A stretch of 64,000 nt of DNA from positions 11,284,001 to 11,348,000 of the forward strand of contig NW_027361898.1 of NCBI RefSeq assembly GCF_039654945.1. Reading direction: 5' to 3'. A program made the position numbers and the translations under genes. The DNA comes from Dendrobates tinctorius (taxonomy: Eukaryota). Below are positions 51,836 to 64,000 of the stretch, piece by piece. The first letter of the stretch is position 1, and each line of letters starts with the position of its first letter. Under the pieces are notes generated by a model. It saw nothing but the letters and a program-made list of their open reading frames with translations. It was not told the DNA's origin and searched no databases.

Positions 51836-52160
51836 TAGAGATGAGTGACTTTGCCTTTTTTAGGGTCGAGTCGGGTTTCATGAAACCCAACTTTCGCAAA
51901 AGTCAGGTTGAATGAAATCGACAGACTATAGTGAAAAGTTGGTGGCTGACTGAAACACGAAACCCAATGCAAGTCAATGGGGAAGCAAAGTCGGCAGGGA
52001 GTGGAGGACAGTAAACACACCTACAGTGCCCATTTCAATGCCCAAAACATCAATTCTTATTACTGAAGTTTGTCAACCTTAATTTACTTCATAATATTTG
52101 TTACGCATTGAAAATTGGGGGTTATTTGGCTAAAGTTGTGGGGGGGTAGGGCTGGCTCCA
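51836..52160. mobile_element. hAT element terminus
   Basis: TAGAGATGAG TIR and GTCGGGTTTCATGAAAC subterminal motif shared with 57663-57750. Confidence 0.7.
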
Positions 52161-52369
52161 GGTTTTCGTGTGCCCTGGGCCAAAGAGTGTCAGTGCGCCC
52201 CTTTAACACATACCACAACTCATGATGCTCCGATACGGCACAGAAATATAGGTATAGTACAATGACAAATACTTCACTGCTTACATGACATGACTGATCT
52301 AATTTAAATTGTACAATAGCTCAAAAACAGGGCAGTATATTACTCCATACAGTGTTATAGCCACCACAT

Positions 52370-52945
52370 TGTGCGCCATAAAGAATAATGAGCCCCATAC
52401 TTTTCTCCATATAGAATAATTGGTCACATATAATGTTCTATACAGTATATGATGAGCTCCACTTAATGCTACAGTATATGATGGTCCCTATGGACGATGC
52501 TCCAGTGTGTTATGGGCCCAAATAATGCTCCATATATAATGGACCCCATTTCTAATGCTCCAGTGTATAATGTGCCCCATAGATGCTGCTCCAGTGTCTG
52601 ATCTGCCCCATTTACAATGCTCCAGTATATGATGTGCCTCATGGATGATGCTCCAGTGTATGATGGGCCCAAATAATGCTCCATATATAATGGGCCCCAT
52701 TTCTAATGCTCCAGTGTATAATGTGCCCCATAAATGCTGCTCCAGTGTCTGATGTCCCCTATCTGGAATGCTCCAGTATATGATGGGCCTCATGGATGAT
52801 GCTCCAGTGTATGATGGGCCCTAATAATGCTCCACATATAATGGGCCCCATTTCTAATGCACCAGTGTATAATGGGCCCCATAAATGCTGCTCCAGTGTC
52901 TGATGTCCCCCATTTGGAATGCTCCAGTATATGATGGGCCCCATT
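52370..52945. repeat. About 28-33 bp minisatellite (ATGCTCCAGTGTATAATGGGCCCCAT) with a higher-order period of about 180 bp
   Basis: Visible tandem units; the ORF track repeats HQTLEQHLWGTLYTGALEMG about every 60 aa. Confidence 0.85.
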
Positions 52946-52952
52946 TTTAATT

Positions 52953-53377
52953 AACCCAGGCATGGTATGTGAAAAGATCTCCATGGAGTAATCTGAAGAG
53001 TATGCTGCCGCATCCTTCACTTTTGGTGTGGGTGAAGGACTCAAGAAAAGGTGTTTCTCCTGACCAGAAGCCTGCACTTACGACTCAGTTCTTGCATTTT
53101 TTTAACCTTCAGAAGAGGAGGCGATAGAGCTGGAGGCTGTTTCAGCAATGTAAGCCAAAAACAGTTCCTGATGCTCCAGCTTTAAAAGCAGTCTGCCTAC
53201 TCCCAGAAAACGGAGCCTTACAGGCTTTCCAGAGCTACACCATGACGCAGGCTCAACACCTCCTGCCTTAGCTGCTATTGTGTTTTTGGCACTACCAGCA
53301 GATGCACCACCACCACCATCAGTACCAGGTGGCCCCCCATGCCCACGTCCACGTCCTCTTCCACCATACTTCCTCAT
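52953..53377 (-). pseudogene. N-terminal fragment of a hAT transposase (diverged relative of the 60601 copy)
   Basis: MRKYGGRGRGRG...FLGVGRLLLKLEHQE...YIAETASS and LSPSPTPKVKDAAAYSSDYSMEIFSHTMPGL align by eye to 60601-61025. Confidence 0.8.
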
Positions 53378-53409
53378 GTTTTGGAAAATGGACCCAAAAT
53401 ACCAGCAGA

Positions 53410-54420
53410 TATATGGTACTGTATCAGAAGCGTACAGCTCTATACAGTCTAGGGATAACCGTAAATCTCCGTATATATTTCATGAGTCATACACAGACGC
53501 TCTCAGGCTCAGTATGGATTACCCAATAAAATAAAAAGTTGAGAAAGGGTACAGTATCACCAGATACAAGGTATATATAGTATAGTGTAAACATTCTGAA
53601 TTTCCAAAAAAACATTTCAGGAGGCATTCACAAACGCTCTCAGGCCCAGTATGGATAACACAAGAATATGAAAAGCTGTAAATGGTTAATGTAACACAAG
53701 CGTACAGCTGTATACAGTGTTGGGGTAATCTTAAAGCTTCAAATATATTGCCGGAGAAACAGACAGACGTTCACTGTCTCATTAAGGATAACACCAGAAT
53801 CTAAATAGCTAAAAAGGTTACTGTGTCAGAAGCGTACAGCTGTATACAGTGTTGGCCAATTTGAAATCTCGCTATATATTTCTGGAGTCACCCTCAGACG
53901 CTCACTCAGTCTGGGTTTGACCATAATAAAAAATGTTGTAAAAAAGGTACTGGATAACAAGGTAGCAAGTATATATATTATAGGGAACAACTGAAATCTC
54001 TGTATACATATTCCCGTAGTCACTCTCAGATGCTTACTCAGTATGGATTTGACCGTTAAACTAAATGTCGAACAAAGGTACTGTATAGCAAGATACAAGC
54101 TGTATCGAGTAAAGGGTAAAATTTGGTATCTCCGATTCACCATACATATAGAAGGCGTAAACCACACACGCTCACTTACTATGGATGATACCGTAATACA
54201 AAATTTTGAACAAAGGTACTGTATAAGCACATACCAGGTGTATCCAGTCTAGGGGTAATTGTCAATTTCCGTCTATACTTCCGGAGTCAGAGACAGACAC
54301 TCACAGGCTCACTATGTATTAAACCAGAATTTAAAAAGTAGAAAAAGGGAAAGGTAGTCGAAGCGTACAACAGTATACAGTGTTGTGGTACTTTTAAATC
54401 TTCGTATATATTTCAATCTC
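53410..54420. repeat. Old diverged tandem array, unit about 133 bp, about 8 copies
   Basis: AAGCGTACAGC/AGATACAAG, CAGACGCTC and AGTATGGAT motifs recur at about 133-bp spacing (53428, 53561, 53698, 53830 ... 54361). Confidence 0.75.
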
Positions 54421-54559
54421 AGTAAGCCACTCCAGACTCTCCGCTACTGGAAACTACATGTATACAAGTACAGATGGAAAGTCGAGTGTTAGCAGAAATT
54501 TGGGAATTACTCATTGCGGGGAAAACCTCCCGGTAGATGTTGCAGAGCCGATGAAGACC

Positions 54560-55026
54560 CTCAATTACTGTGTCTGTGGAGACAGCAAAAATGGTTCTTT
54601 GTGAAGAAAGGATTGCTTTATCGCAGTAGCGTGGATCACATCACTGTTTCTCGTCTCCATCAAATTGTGATCACAGGGAGAGATGTAGACATGGTCCTCA
54701 CTGCCTATCATGATGTGTCTGGTCATTCTGGAGTGCAAAAAACAGAAGCCACAGGCCGTAGGTGATTCTATTGGATTGGCATGAGAGGAGACTTTGAAAA
54801 ATGGTGGCAGGAATGTCACACGTCTGTGACTATCACAACTGTGAAAGGTGATCATAAAGCACCACTTCATCCTTTTGTAAGTTGACATCCATTACAAATG
54901 GTAGCCATTGATCATCTGAAGGTAGATGTAAGCAGGACAGGCCATAGCTACATCTTAACCATCATTGATCAATACACCAAATTTCGAGTGGCCATCCCTG
55001 TGAAGGATTTAACTGCCCAGACTACA
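54560..55026 (+). mobile_element. Gypsy integrase fragment
   Basis: GLLYR, YHDVSGHSGVQKT, FYWIGM, PLQMVAIDHL, YILTIIDQYTKF..AIPVKDLTAQTT (zinc-binding region plus first catalytic D). Confidence 0.85.
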
Positions 55027-55431
55027 CAGCGGTGGAGCAGGGAGAGGTAAGTATTTCAACTTGCAAGTGCTGTGGCCATGACCAAGCGGTGGGCACACTC
55101 GTGGTCGACGGTACTGGCACAGGGCCCCTCATAGTACGCTGGTGTGTCTGATGGCAAGTGGGCCCCCCACCATCAGAGACCCTGTATTGTACTATGAGGG
55201 GCCCAGTGCCAGTGCCGTCGGTCATCAGTGGGCCCATCCACCTGTTCAGAGCAACAGCACTTGCCTGGGTGTGCCAGGTGTTGACCCCAGCCCTTGGGGG
55301 GGCAGCCCAGTTAGGGAGGTTTAAAAAATGGCATGTGTTGATGTGTTGGCTGGACATTCAGCTGCTGCAAAGGGTGGAATTGGGCAAGTCCGAGGAAGAG
55401 GAGGACAAAAGCGAGGCAGTTTTCTGGCAAC

Positions 55432-57660
55432 CTATGTGTCATCAGGGGAAGGTGGGACAAAATCCTTTGAAACCCATGCAAGGTTCATTTTAATGAAGGT
55501 TAGATCATCCACATTTTGGGTTGACAGATGGGTCCTTTTTTCTGTCAGGATTGATCCAGCAGCACTGAAGACTCTTTCGGATAACACACTAGCAGCAGAG
55601 CAAGCGAGCTCCTGTACGGCATATTGTTCCAATTCAGGCCAGGTGTCCAGTTTAGAGGCCCAATAGTCAAAGGGGAATGACCTTTGAGGGAGAACATCAA
55701 TATGGGAGGAAAAGTCGTTTGTAACCATAGTTGACAACTGCTGTCTCCTGTCACTTTTAATCGATGCAGTGTTAGCAGTCGTGTGAGCGGTACTTAAGAA
55801 ATCATTCCACAACATGGTCATTAAACCCCTGTCTCCAATGCCACTTCAGCTGTGTGCACCACGAACACCTCTTCCATTGTGCCCACTATGGCTCATGGGA
55901 GAACCATCACCGCTGCTGTGTGCTTGGAAAGCCTCAAACAAATGGTTTACCAGAGTTGCTTGTTTGTTAGCCAATATTATCTCTAGGTTCTCCTGTGGCA
56001 TGATGTTGTGTAATTTGCTTTTGTAGCGTGGATCGAGGATGCTGGCCAGCCAGTAGTCGTCATCCCTCATCATTTTAGCAATGCGGGGGTCCATTTTTAG
56101 GATCTGCAAAGCATAATGTCCCAGGTGTCATTAATGCACTGCCACTGCTGGGTGGAGGAGCACTTTCTGGCAAATCCACATCCCTACAGTCACGCAAAAA
56201 TACTGTACTTGACCTTGGAACGCCAACATTTTCTCTTGCCCCCTGAGAAGCATCCTCCTGCCCAAAATATTCATCCCCCTCATCCTCCTCCTCCTCCTCT
56301 TCCTCTTCTTCCTCCACCTTGTCCAGGACAGTTCCCTGACTAGACAATGGCTCACTGTCATCAAGGCTTCCCTCCTCCTCCTCCTCTGCTGCAGACGCCT
56401 GTTCCTTAATGTGCATCACACTTTGCATAAGCAGATGCATAAGTGGGATGCTCATGCTTATGATGGCGTCGTCTGCGCTTACCAGCCACGTGCATTCCTC
56501 AAAACATTGAAGGACTTTACAGAGGTCTTTCAGCTTTGACCACTGCACACCCGACAATTCCATGTCTTCCCTCAAACTGCCTCCCACAAATGCACTACAG
56601 CCTGCCTCTGTTTGCACAGCCTCTCAACCATGTGCAGGGTGGAGTTCCACCTTGTTGCAACGTCTATTATTAGGCGGTGCTTGGGGAGGTGGAGCAATCG
56701 CTGCAGTGGAGTGGACGTTTGAGCGACGGATGTGCGAGCACAGTCTTCACACCTTATGGAGCAGGGATGTTAACTCCAGATAATTATTAAAGAAGCACCA
56801 GGTTCAAAGTGTGAGCCAGGCAAGGTATGTGTGTGAGTTTTGCATGGGCTATGGCTGCCACAAAATTACGGCCGTTATCACTGACTACCTTGCCTGTCTC
56901 AAGATGTAGACTGCCCAGCCATGACTCAGTTTGTCACTGCAAGTAGTCGGCCAGTACCTCCACGGTCTGTCTGTTGTTGCCCAAAGACATCATCTTTAAC
57001 ACAGCCTGCTGACGCTTACCACTAGCTGTTTGAAAGTGGAACACCTCGTGTGCAACACTGCCAGCTGCGGATGCAGTGCTCGTGTGACTGCGCTCTGTGG
57101 ATGAGATTTCACTGATGGAGGAGGAAAAGGAGGGTCGAAAGCCTACAGCCAACTGTTTCCTATACCGTGGGCTAGGCAGCACTATTCAACCACCGCTGTC
57201 CCCTCTGGAGCCTGCATCCACCACATTAACCCAGTGCGCAGTGATGGACATGTAACGGCCCTGGCCATGCCTACTTGTCCATGCATCTGTTGTGAGGTGC
57301 AACTTTCCACTCACTGACTGTTTTAGTGCATGGACAATGCGGACTTTCACATGCCGATGTAGGGGAGGGATGGCTTTTCGAGAAAAGAAGTGCCGACTGG
57401 GTAGGTCATAGCGTGGGACAGCGTAGGCCATGAGCTCGCGGAAAGCTTCGCTTTCAACCAAACGGTAGAGCATCATCTATAATGGGATTAGTTTGGCAAT
57501 GTAGGCGTTCAAGCACAGTGTACGTGGATGAGAGGATGAGTACTTTCTTGTCCTATTCAGAGTGTTTGGTAGGGTGAGCTGGACTGGAGAGCTGCATATG
57601 GGGGAAGTAGCGGTGGACCGGACGGAGTGAGAGGCGGTTGGTGATGGTATTAATGGTGAT
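55432..57660 (-). pseudogene. Decayed hAT (Ac/ZBED4-like) transposase, central and C-terminal part
   Basis: HLTTDAWTSRHGQGRY, ILDPRYK, YWASKLDTWPEL...AASVLSERVFSAAG; multiple frameshifts. Confidence 0.92.
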
Positions 57661-58043
57661 GGTTAGAGTTGAGCGAAACGGGTCGAAAAAATTCAAAAGT
57701 CGACGACTTTTGGCAAAGTCGGGTTTCATGAAACGAAACCCGACCCTAGGATGAGGTCGGCCACGAGGTCGGCGACTTACGCGCCAAAGTCGCGTTTCAA
57801 AAGTTTATTTTGCGCTCTTTTTCAGCCAATCAGGATCCACGGACACTGTGGGCAACGTGATGACATAGGCACGGGTCACCACCATCTTTCAGAAGGGCAT
57901 GCAAGTGATTGGCTTGCTTTGGTGGGCGTCACAGGGGGTATAAAAGGGCGTGCACGCCGACCGCCATCTTACTTCTGCCGATCTTAGTATAGGGAGAGGT
58001 TGCTGCTGATTCTGTAGGGAGAGCGTTAGGCAGGGAAGAAGAC

Positions 58044-58452
58044 AAAAAAACTGCTTCTGCTGCTAGCGATTTGGCCTGCACAACACACCAGTCACTGTGT
58101 GTGCAGTGCAAGGGGAGGCTATATAGTGGTGTATCAGTGGTGTTGGTTGTTGGGCTGCCTTTTAAGGCTTCCTGACAGGCTGGCATTGCTGTTTACCCAC
58201 TGCTCTGCAAACTGCTTTTTTAAAAGCAATCCCAATTTTTTTTTTTTGTCCTGCTGAGAAGGAAAAAAAACAGCTTCTGCAGCTAGCAATTTGGCCTGCA
58301 CAACACACCAGTCACTGTGTGTGCAGTGCAAGGGGAGGCTATATAGTGGTGTATCAGTGGTGTTGGTTGTTGGGCTGCCTTCTAAGGCTTCCTGACAGGC
58401 TGGCATTGCTGTTTACCAACTGCTCCGCAAACTGCTTTTTTAAAAGCAATCC
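58044..58452. repeat. Two-copy 220-bp tandem duplication
   Basis: GCTTCTGC...TTTTTAAAAGCAATCC at 58053 and 58273. Confidence 0.9.
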
Positions 58453-60524
58453 AATCTCCCTTATCCTCTAGTCACTTTTGTCACAGCTGTGCCATCGAGC
58501 CTGTCACATAGCGCTCAGATATCAGTGGGCCTCACACAATCCAAAAGTGTCCAGTGTCCAAAAGTGTGTGCAGATATTCAAAATCTCCCTTATCCTCTAG
58601 TCACTTTTGTCACAGCAGTGCCATCGAGCCTGTCACATAGCGCTCAGATATCAGTGGGCCTCACACAATCCAAAAGTGTCCAGTGTCCAAAAGTGTGTGC
58701 AGATATTCAAAATCTCCCTTATCCTCTAGTCACTTTTGTCACAGCAGTGCCATCGAGCCTGTCACATAGCGCTCAGATATCAGTGGGCCTCACACAATCC
58801 AAAAGTGTCCAGTGTCCAAAAGTGTGTGCAGATATTCAAAATCTCCCTTATCCTCTAGTCACTTTTGTCACAGCAGTGCCATCGAGCCTGTCACATAGCG
58901 CTCAGATATCAGTGGGCCTCACACAATCCAAAAGTGTCCACTGTCCACAAGTGTGTGCAGAAATTCAAAATCTCCCTTATCCTCTAGTCACTTTTGTCAC
59001 AGCTGTGCCATCGAGCCTGTCACATAGCGCTCAGATATCAGTGGGCCTCACACAATCCAAAAGTGTCCACTGTCCACAAGTGTGTGCAGAAATTCAAAAT
59101 CTCCCTTATCCTCTAGTCACTTTTGTCACAGCAGTGCCATCGAGCCTGTCACATAGCGCTCAGATATCAGTGGGCCTCACACAATCCAAAAGTGTCCACT
59201 GTCCACAAGTGTGTGCAGAAATTCAAAATCTCCCTTATCCTCTAGTCACTTTTGTCACAGCTGTGCCATCGAGCCTGTCACATAGCGCTCAGATATCAGT
59301 GGGCCTCACACAATCCAAAAGTGTCCACTGTCCACAAGTGTGTGCAGAAATTCAAAATCTCCCTTATCCTCTAGTCAGTTTTGTCACAGCAGTGCCATCG
59401 AGCCTGTCACATAGCGCTCAGATATCAGTGGGCCTCACACAATCCAAAAGTGTCCAGTGTCCAAAAGTGTGTGCAGATATTCAAAATCTCCCTTATCCTC
59501 TAGTCACTTTTGTCACAGCAGTGCCATCGAGCCTGTCACATAACGCTCAGATATCAGTGGGCCTCACACAATCCAAAAGTGTCCACTGTCCACAAGTGTG
59601 TGCAGATATTCAAAATCTCCCTTATCCTCTAGTCACTTTTGTCACAGCAGTGCCATCGAGCCTGTCACATAGCGCTCAGATATCAGTGGGCCTCACACAA
59701 TCCAAAAGTGTCCAGTGTCCAAAAGTGTGTGCAGATATTCAAAATCTCCCTTATCCTCTAGTCACTTTTGTCACAGCAGTGCCATCGAGCCTGTCACATA
59801 GCGCTCAGATATCAGTGGGCCTCACACAATCCAAAAGTGTCCACTGTCCACAAGTGTGTGCAGAAATTCAAAATCTCCCTTATCCTCTAGTCACTTTTGT
59901 CACAGCTGTGCCATCGAGCCTGTCACATAGCGCTCAGATATCAGTGGGCCTCACACAATCCAAAAGTGTCCACTGTCCACAAGTGTGTGCAGAAATTCAA
60001 AATCTCCCTTATCCTCTAGTCACTTTTGTCACAGCAGTGCCATCGAGCCTGTCACATAGCGCTCAGATATCAGTGGGCCTCACACAATCCAAAAGTGTCC
60101 AGTGTCCAAAAGTGTGTGCAGATATTCAAAATCTCCCTTATCCTCTAGTCACTTTTGTCACAGCAGTGCCATCGAGCCTGTCACATAGCGCTCAGATATC
60201 AGTGGGCCTCACACAATCCAAAAGTGTCCAGTGTCCAAAAGTGTGTGCAGATATTCAAAATCTCCCTTATCCTCTAGTCACTTTTGTCACAGCAGTGCCA
60301 TCGAGCCTGTCACATAGCGCTCAGATATCAGTGGGCCTCACACAATCCAAAAGTGTCCACTGTCCACAAGTGTGTGCAGAAATTCAAAATCTCCCTTATC
60401 CTCTAGTCACTTTTGTCACAGCTGTGCCATCGAGCCTGTCACATAGCGCTCAGATATCAGTGGGCCTCACACAATCCAAAAGTGTCCAGTGTCCAAAAGT
60501 GTGTGCAGAAATTCAAAATCTCCC
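58453..60524. repeat. 129-bp tandem repeat, 16 near-identical units
   Basis: AATCTCCC recurs from 58453 to 60517 (2064 bp = 16 x 129); translated unit is 43 aa. Confidence 0.97.
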
Positions 60525-60600
60525 CTGTCCTATAGACACCTTGTACCTTGTTTTACATTACTATATAGTTTGTTGGATTTTGTCTACATTTCTACCAAAA

Positions 60601-63600
60601 ATGAGAAAGGCTGGTGGAAGAGGCCGTGGAATTGGGCGGGGGTTGGCAGCTGGTAATGATGGTGTTGGTGGTGGATCTGATGGTAGTGGCAAGAGCAAAA
60701 TAGGACCGAATGCAGGAGGTGCTGACCCTGCGTCATCGTCTGGCTACATAAGGCCTCGAACGCTTAGTTTTCTAGGAGTTGGCAAACCGCTTTTAAAGCC
60801 AGAGCATCAGGAAAAAGTTTTGTCTTACATTGCTGACTCAGCCTCCAGACTATCGCCTCCTCTTCTTCAGTTGTAAAAAGTAAAAGCACTGAGTCGTCAT
60901 TGGAGGCTCATGTTCATGAACCACACCTTTCCTTGTGTCCTTCACCCCAACCAAGATTGAAGGATGACGCAGGCCATACTACTGATTACTCCATGGAGCT
61001 GTTTTCACATACCATGCCTGGATTATCAGGTCAAATGGTGAATTACCCAGGCCAAGATGAATCTGACATGGAGTGCACTGATGCACAGCCGCTGATGGAT
61101 GATTCTGCTGGTACATTCACTCAGAGCACTACATTGTCCTCGCAGTGTACAGAGCCAGATTCTGACCCTGATGAGACTCAGGTGACCCTTCCCGCACACT
61201 ATACCACCATACACGGTGACACAGAGGAAGGTGCACATGACATAGAAGAGGAGGTGATGGATGACCCAGTTGTTGACCCAGATTGGCATCCATTGGGGGA
61301 AGAGGGTGCTGCTTCCAATAGCTCAGATGAGGATCATCCACAACAGACATCGACATCGCAACAGCTGTTATCTGGCAGGCCCGGAGCACTCCAAAGACAG
61401 GTTCCAAACATCAAAAGAGTTGCTGGACAGCTTGTCCAGAGGGTCAAAAGATCACAGCGTGCAAGGCAGCAAAATGTCTGCCAAAGTAGGAAGAGTGCAG
61501 TGTGGCACTTTTTTGAACAAAATCCTCATGATCAGGCCAAGGTTATCTGTAAGAAGTGCGCAAAGACCTTTAGCCGAGGGAAAAATCTGAAAAATTTGAA
61601 TACCAGTTGCATGCTTAGACATTTAACCAGCATGCACTTGCAAGCGTGGACACAACACCAAACCTCAAGTGCCACATGTGCAACTGATCACAACGAAGGT
61701 AGTCAGTAACGCTACATTGTTTCCCCCACTGTAAGCCCACCGGTTAGCACAGCAGCAAATGTTGAGGTGTCGTTGCAAGACCACAGCAGTCAGGGACTCC
61801 CACTGTTATATCAACGAAAGACTGATTCTAGGCCATCAGAAAGAACACCAACTCCATCACCATCATCAACCCTCTCTCAGTCCGCCCTGTCCACCGCTAC
61901 TTCCACCATATGTAGCTCTCAAGTCCAGACACTATGAGTAGGTCAAGAAAGTACTCAGTCTCTCATCCGCGTACACTGGGTTTGAACGCCCACATTGCCA
62001 AACTAATCTTGTTTGAGATGATTCCCTTTCGGTTGGTGGAAAGCACAGCTTTCCGCGAACTCATGGCCTATGCAGTACCACGCTATGACCTACCCAGTCG
62101 CCACTTCTTCTGTCGCAAAGCCATCCCAGCCCTCCACCATCATGTGAAAGACCGCATTGTCCATGCACTCAAGCAGTCAGTGAGCGGAAAGGTGCACCTC
62201 ACAACTGATGCATGGTCCAGTCGGCATGGCCAGGGCCGTTACGTGGCCATCACTGCGCACTGGGTTAATGTGGTGGATGCAGGGTCCACAGGGGACAGCG
62301 GTGGTGGGACAGTGCTGCCTAGCCCACGGTATAGGAAACAGTTGGCTGTAGGTGTTCGACCCTCCTCCTCCTCCTCCAGAAGCGAAAGCTCGTCCACAGA
62401 GCGCAGTCGTACGAGCACTCCATCTGCAGCTGCCACTGTTGCACACGATGTGTCCCCCTATCGAGCAGCTAGTGGAAAGCGTCAGCAGGCTGTGTTGCAG
62501 ATGATGTGTTTGGGCGACAGACACACCGCCGAGGTGCTGGCCGAGTACTTGAAGCGACAAACTGAGTCATGGCTGGGCAGTGTACATCTTGAGGCAGGCG
62601 AGGTAGTTAGTGATAACGGCCGTAATTTTGTGGCAGCCATAGCCCTTTCAAAACTCAGCCACATACCTTGCTTGGCTCACACCTTGAACCTGGTGGTGCA
62701 GTGCTTCCTCAAAAATTATCCGGAGTTAACAGCCCTGCTCCAGAAGGTGCGAAGACTGTGCGCGCACATCCGCCGGTCGCCTGTACACTCCATTCGTATG
62801 CAGAAGCTGCAGCGATTGCTCCACCTTCCCAACCACCGCCTCATTATCGACATTGCAACAAGGTGGAACTGCACCCTGCACATGGTGGAGTGGCTGTGCG
62901 AGCAGAGGCAGGCCATAATGCATTTGTGGGAGGACACACGGCCAGGCACTTTGAGAGCAGACATGGAGTTGACAGGTGTGCAGTGGTCGAAGCTGAAAGA
63001 CCTTTGTAAAGTCCTTCAGTGTTTTGAGGAATGCACACGGCTGGTAAGCGCAGACGACGCCATCCTAAGCATGAGCATCCCACTTATGCGTCTGCTCATG
63101 CAAACTTTGACGCACCTTAAGGAGCAGGCGTCTGCAGCCAATGTTGATGAGGAGGAAGAGGAGGAGGGAATCCTTGATGACATTCAGCCATTGTCTGCTC
63201 AGGGACCTCTCCTGGACGAGGTGGAGGAAGAAGAGGAGGAGGAGGAGGATGATGGGGATGATTACTTAGGGGAGGAGGATGCATCTCGTGGGGCAAGTGA
63301 AAATGTTGGCGTGGCAAGGTCTGGTACAGGGTTTGTGCGTGACTGGAGGGATGTGGATTTGCCAGAAAGTGCTCCTCCACCCAGCACTCGCAGTGCATCA
63401 TTGACACCGGGAACATTGGCCCACATGTCAGATTATGCCTTGCGGATCCTAAAAAGGGACCCCCGCATTGCCAAAATGATGAACGATGACGACTACTGTT
63501 TGGCCAGCATCCTGGATCCACGCTATAAAGGCAAATTACAAAACATCATGCCACAGGAGAACCTTGACCTAATATTGGCTAATAAACAAGCAACTCTGGT

Positions 63601-64000
63601 AAATCGGTTGCTTGAGGCATTCCCAGCACACAGCAGCGGTGATGGTTCTCACACGAGCCGTACGGGCCGGGGGCAGCTTGGCAGAGGTGTTCGTGGTGCA
63701 CACAGCAGAAGTGGCGTTGGAGACAGGGGTTTCATGACAATGTTGTGGACTGATTTTTCAAATACCGCTCACACAACTGGTAATACTGCATCGATGGAAA
63801 GTGACAGGAGACAGCAGTTGTCAACTATGGTAACAAACTACTTTTCCTCCCATATCGATGTTCTCCCACACAGGTCATTCCCCTTTGACTATTGGGCCGC
63901 TAAACTGGACACCTGGCCTGAATTGGCCCAATATGCCTTACAGGAGCTCGCTTGCCCAGCTGCAAGTGTGCTATCGGAAAGAGTCTTCAGTGCAGCTGGA
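60601..64000 (+). pseudogene. BED-finger hAT transposase (frameshift about 60850, stop 61707, 13-bp deletion about 61929; 61934-64000 open for 689 codons)
   Basis: BED finger SAVWHFF..VICKKC..MLRHLTSMH; TTDAWS, VSDNGRN, CLAHTLNLVV, TRWN, LDPRYK, PAASVLSERVFSAAG. Confidence 0.93.

Larger units (their letters stand above)
57663..64000 (+). mobile_element. Large hAT transposon, left TIR intact, runs off the window
   Basis: TAGAGTTGAGCG TIR, GTCGG subterminal repeats, TATAAAA at about 57939, tandem arrays, then transposase. Confidence 0.9.

Noticed and set aside
58453-60524. CRISPR array or host mucin-like gene
   Set aside because: Head-to-tail units with no unique spacers, no cas genes, no ATG or signal peptide, and located inside a hAT element.
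60601-64000. Domesticated ZBED host gene
   Set aside because: Has a TIR, frameshifts and a stop, and related decayed copies lie in the same window.

Overview
This is eukaryotic, transposon-saturated non-coding DNA. The mix of TTAA-targeting T2/Kolobok-type MITEs, Harbinger and hAT MITEs, V-SINEs, CR1, Penelope and Ngaro suggests a vertebrate, most likely a frog (inference). I cannot identify a host protein-coding gene with confidence; there are only weak minus-strand exon candidates. Main elements: (1) a full-length but decayed Ngaro-type tyrosine-recombinase retrotransposon (22427-28944). It has split direct repeats A1...B1-A2-B2, gag/RT/RNaseH/YR and an SGNH hydrolase, and it sits precisely in an old L1 fragment. 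(2) A full-length Tc1-superfamily element with 38-residue D-to-E spacing (Intruder/DD38E-like, 30778-32392). (3) A decayed Gypsy internal region (about 46400-51090), a second integrase fragment and two solo LTRs with 4-bp TSDs. (4) A cluster of large BED-finger hAT elements (51836-64000), one carrying 16 x 129-bp tandem repeats in frame with its transposase. (5) Three non-autonomous Helitrons, Penelope remnants with minimal hammerhead ribozymes, CR1/RTE/R4-clade LINE ends and many palindromic MITEs. The most interesting signal is a phase-matched splice donor/acceptor pair in the Ngaro element that would skip RT/RNaseH/YR and fuse the Gag N-terminus to the SGNH hydrolase. Family assignments come from motif reading only; no database search was run.
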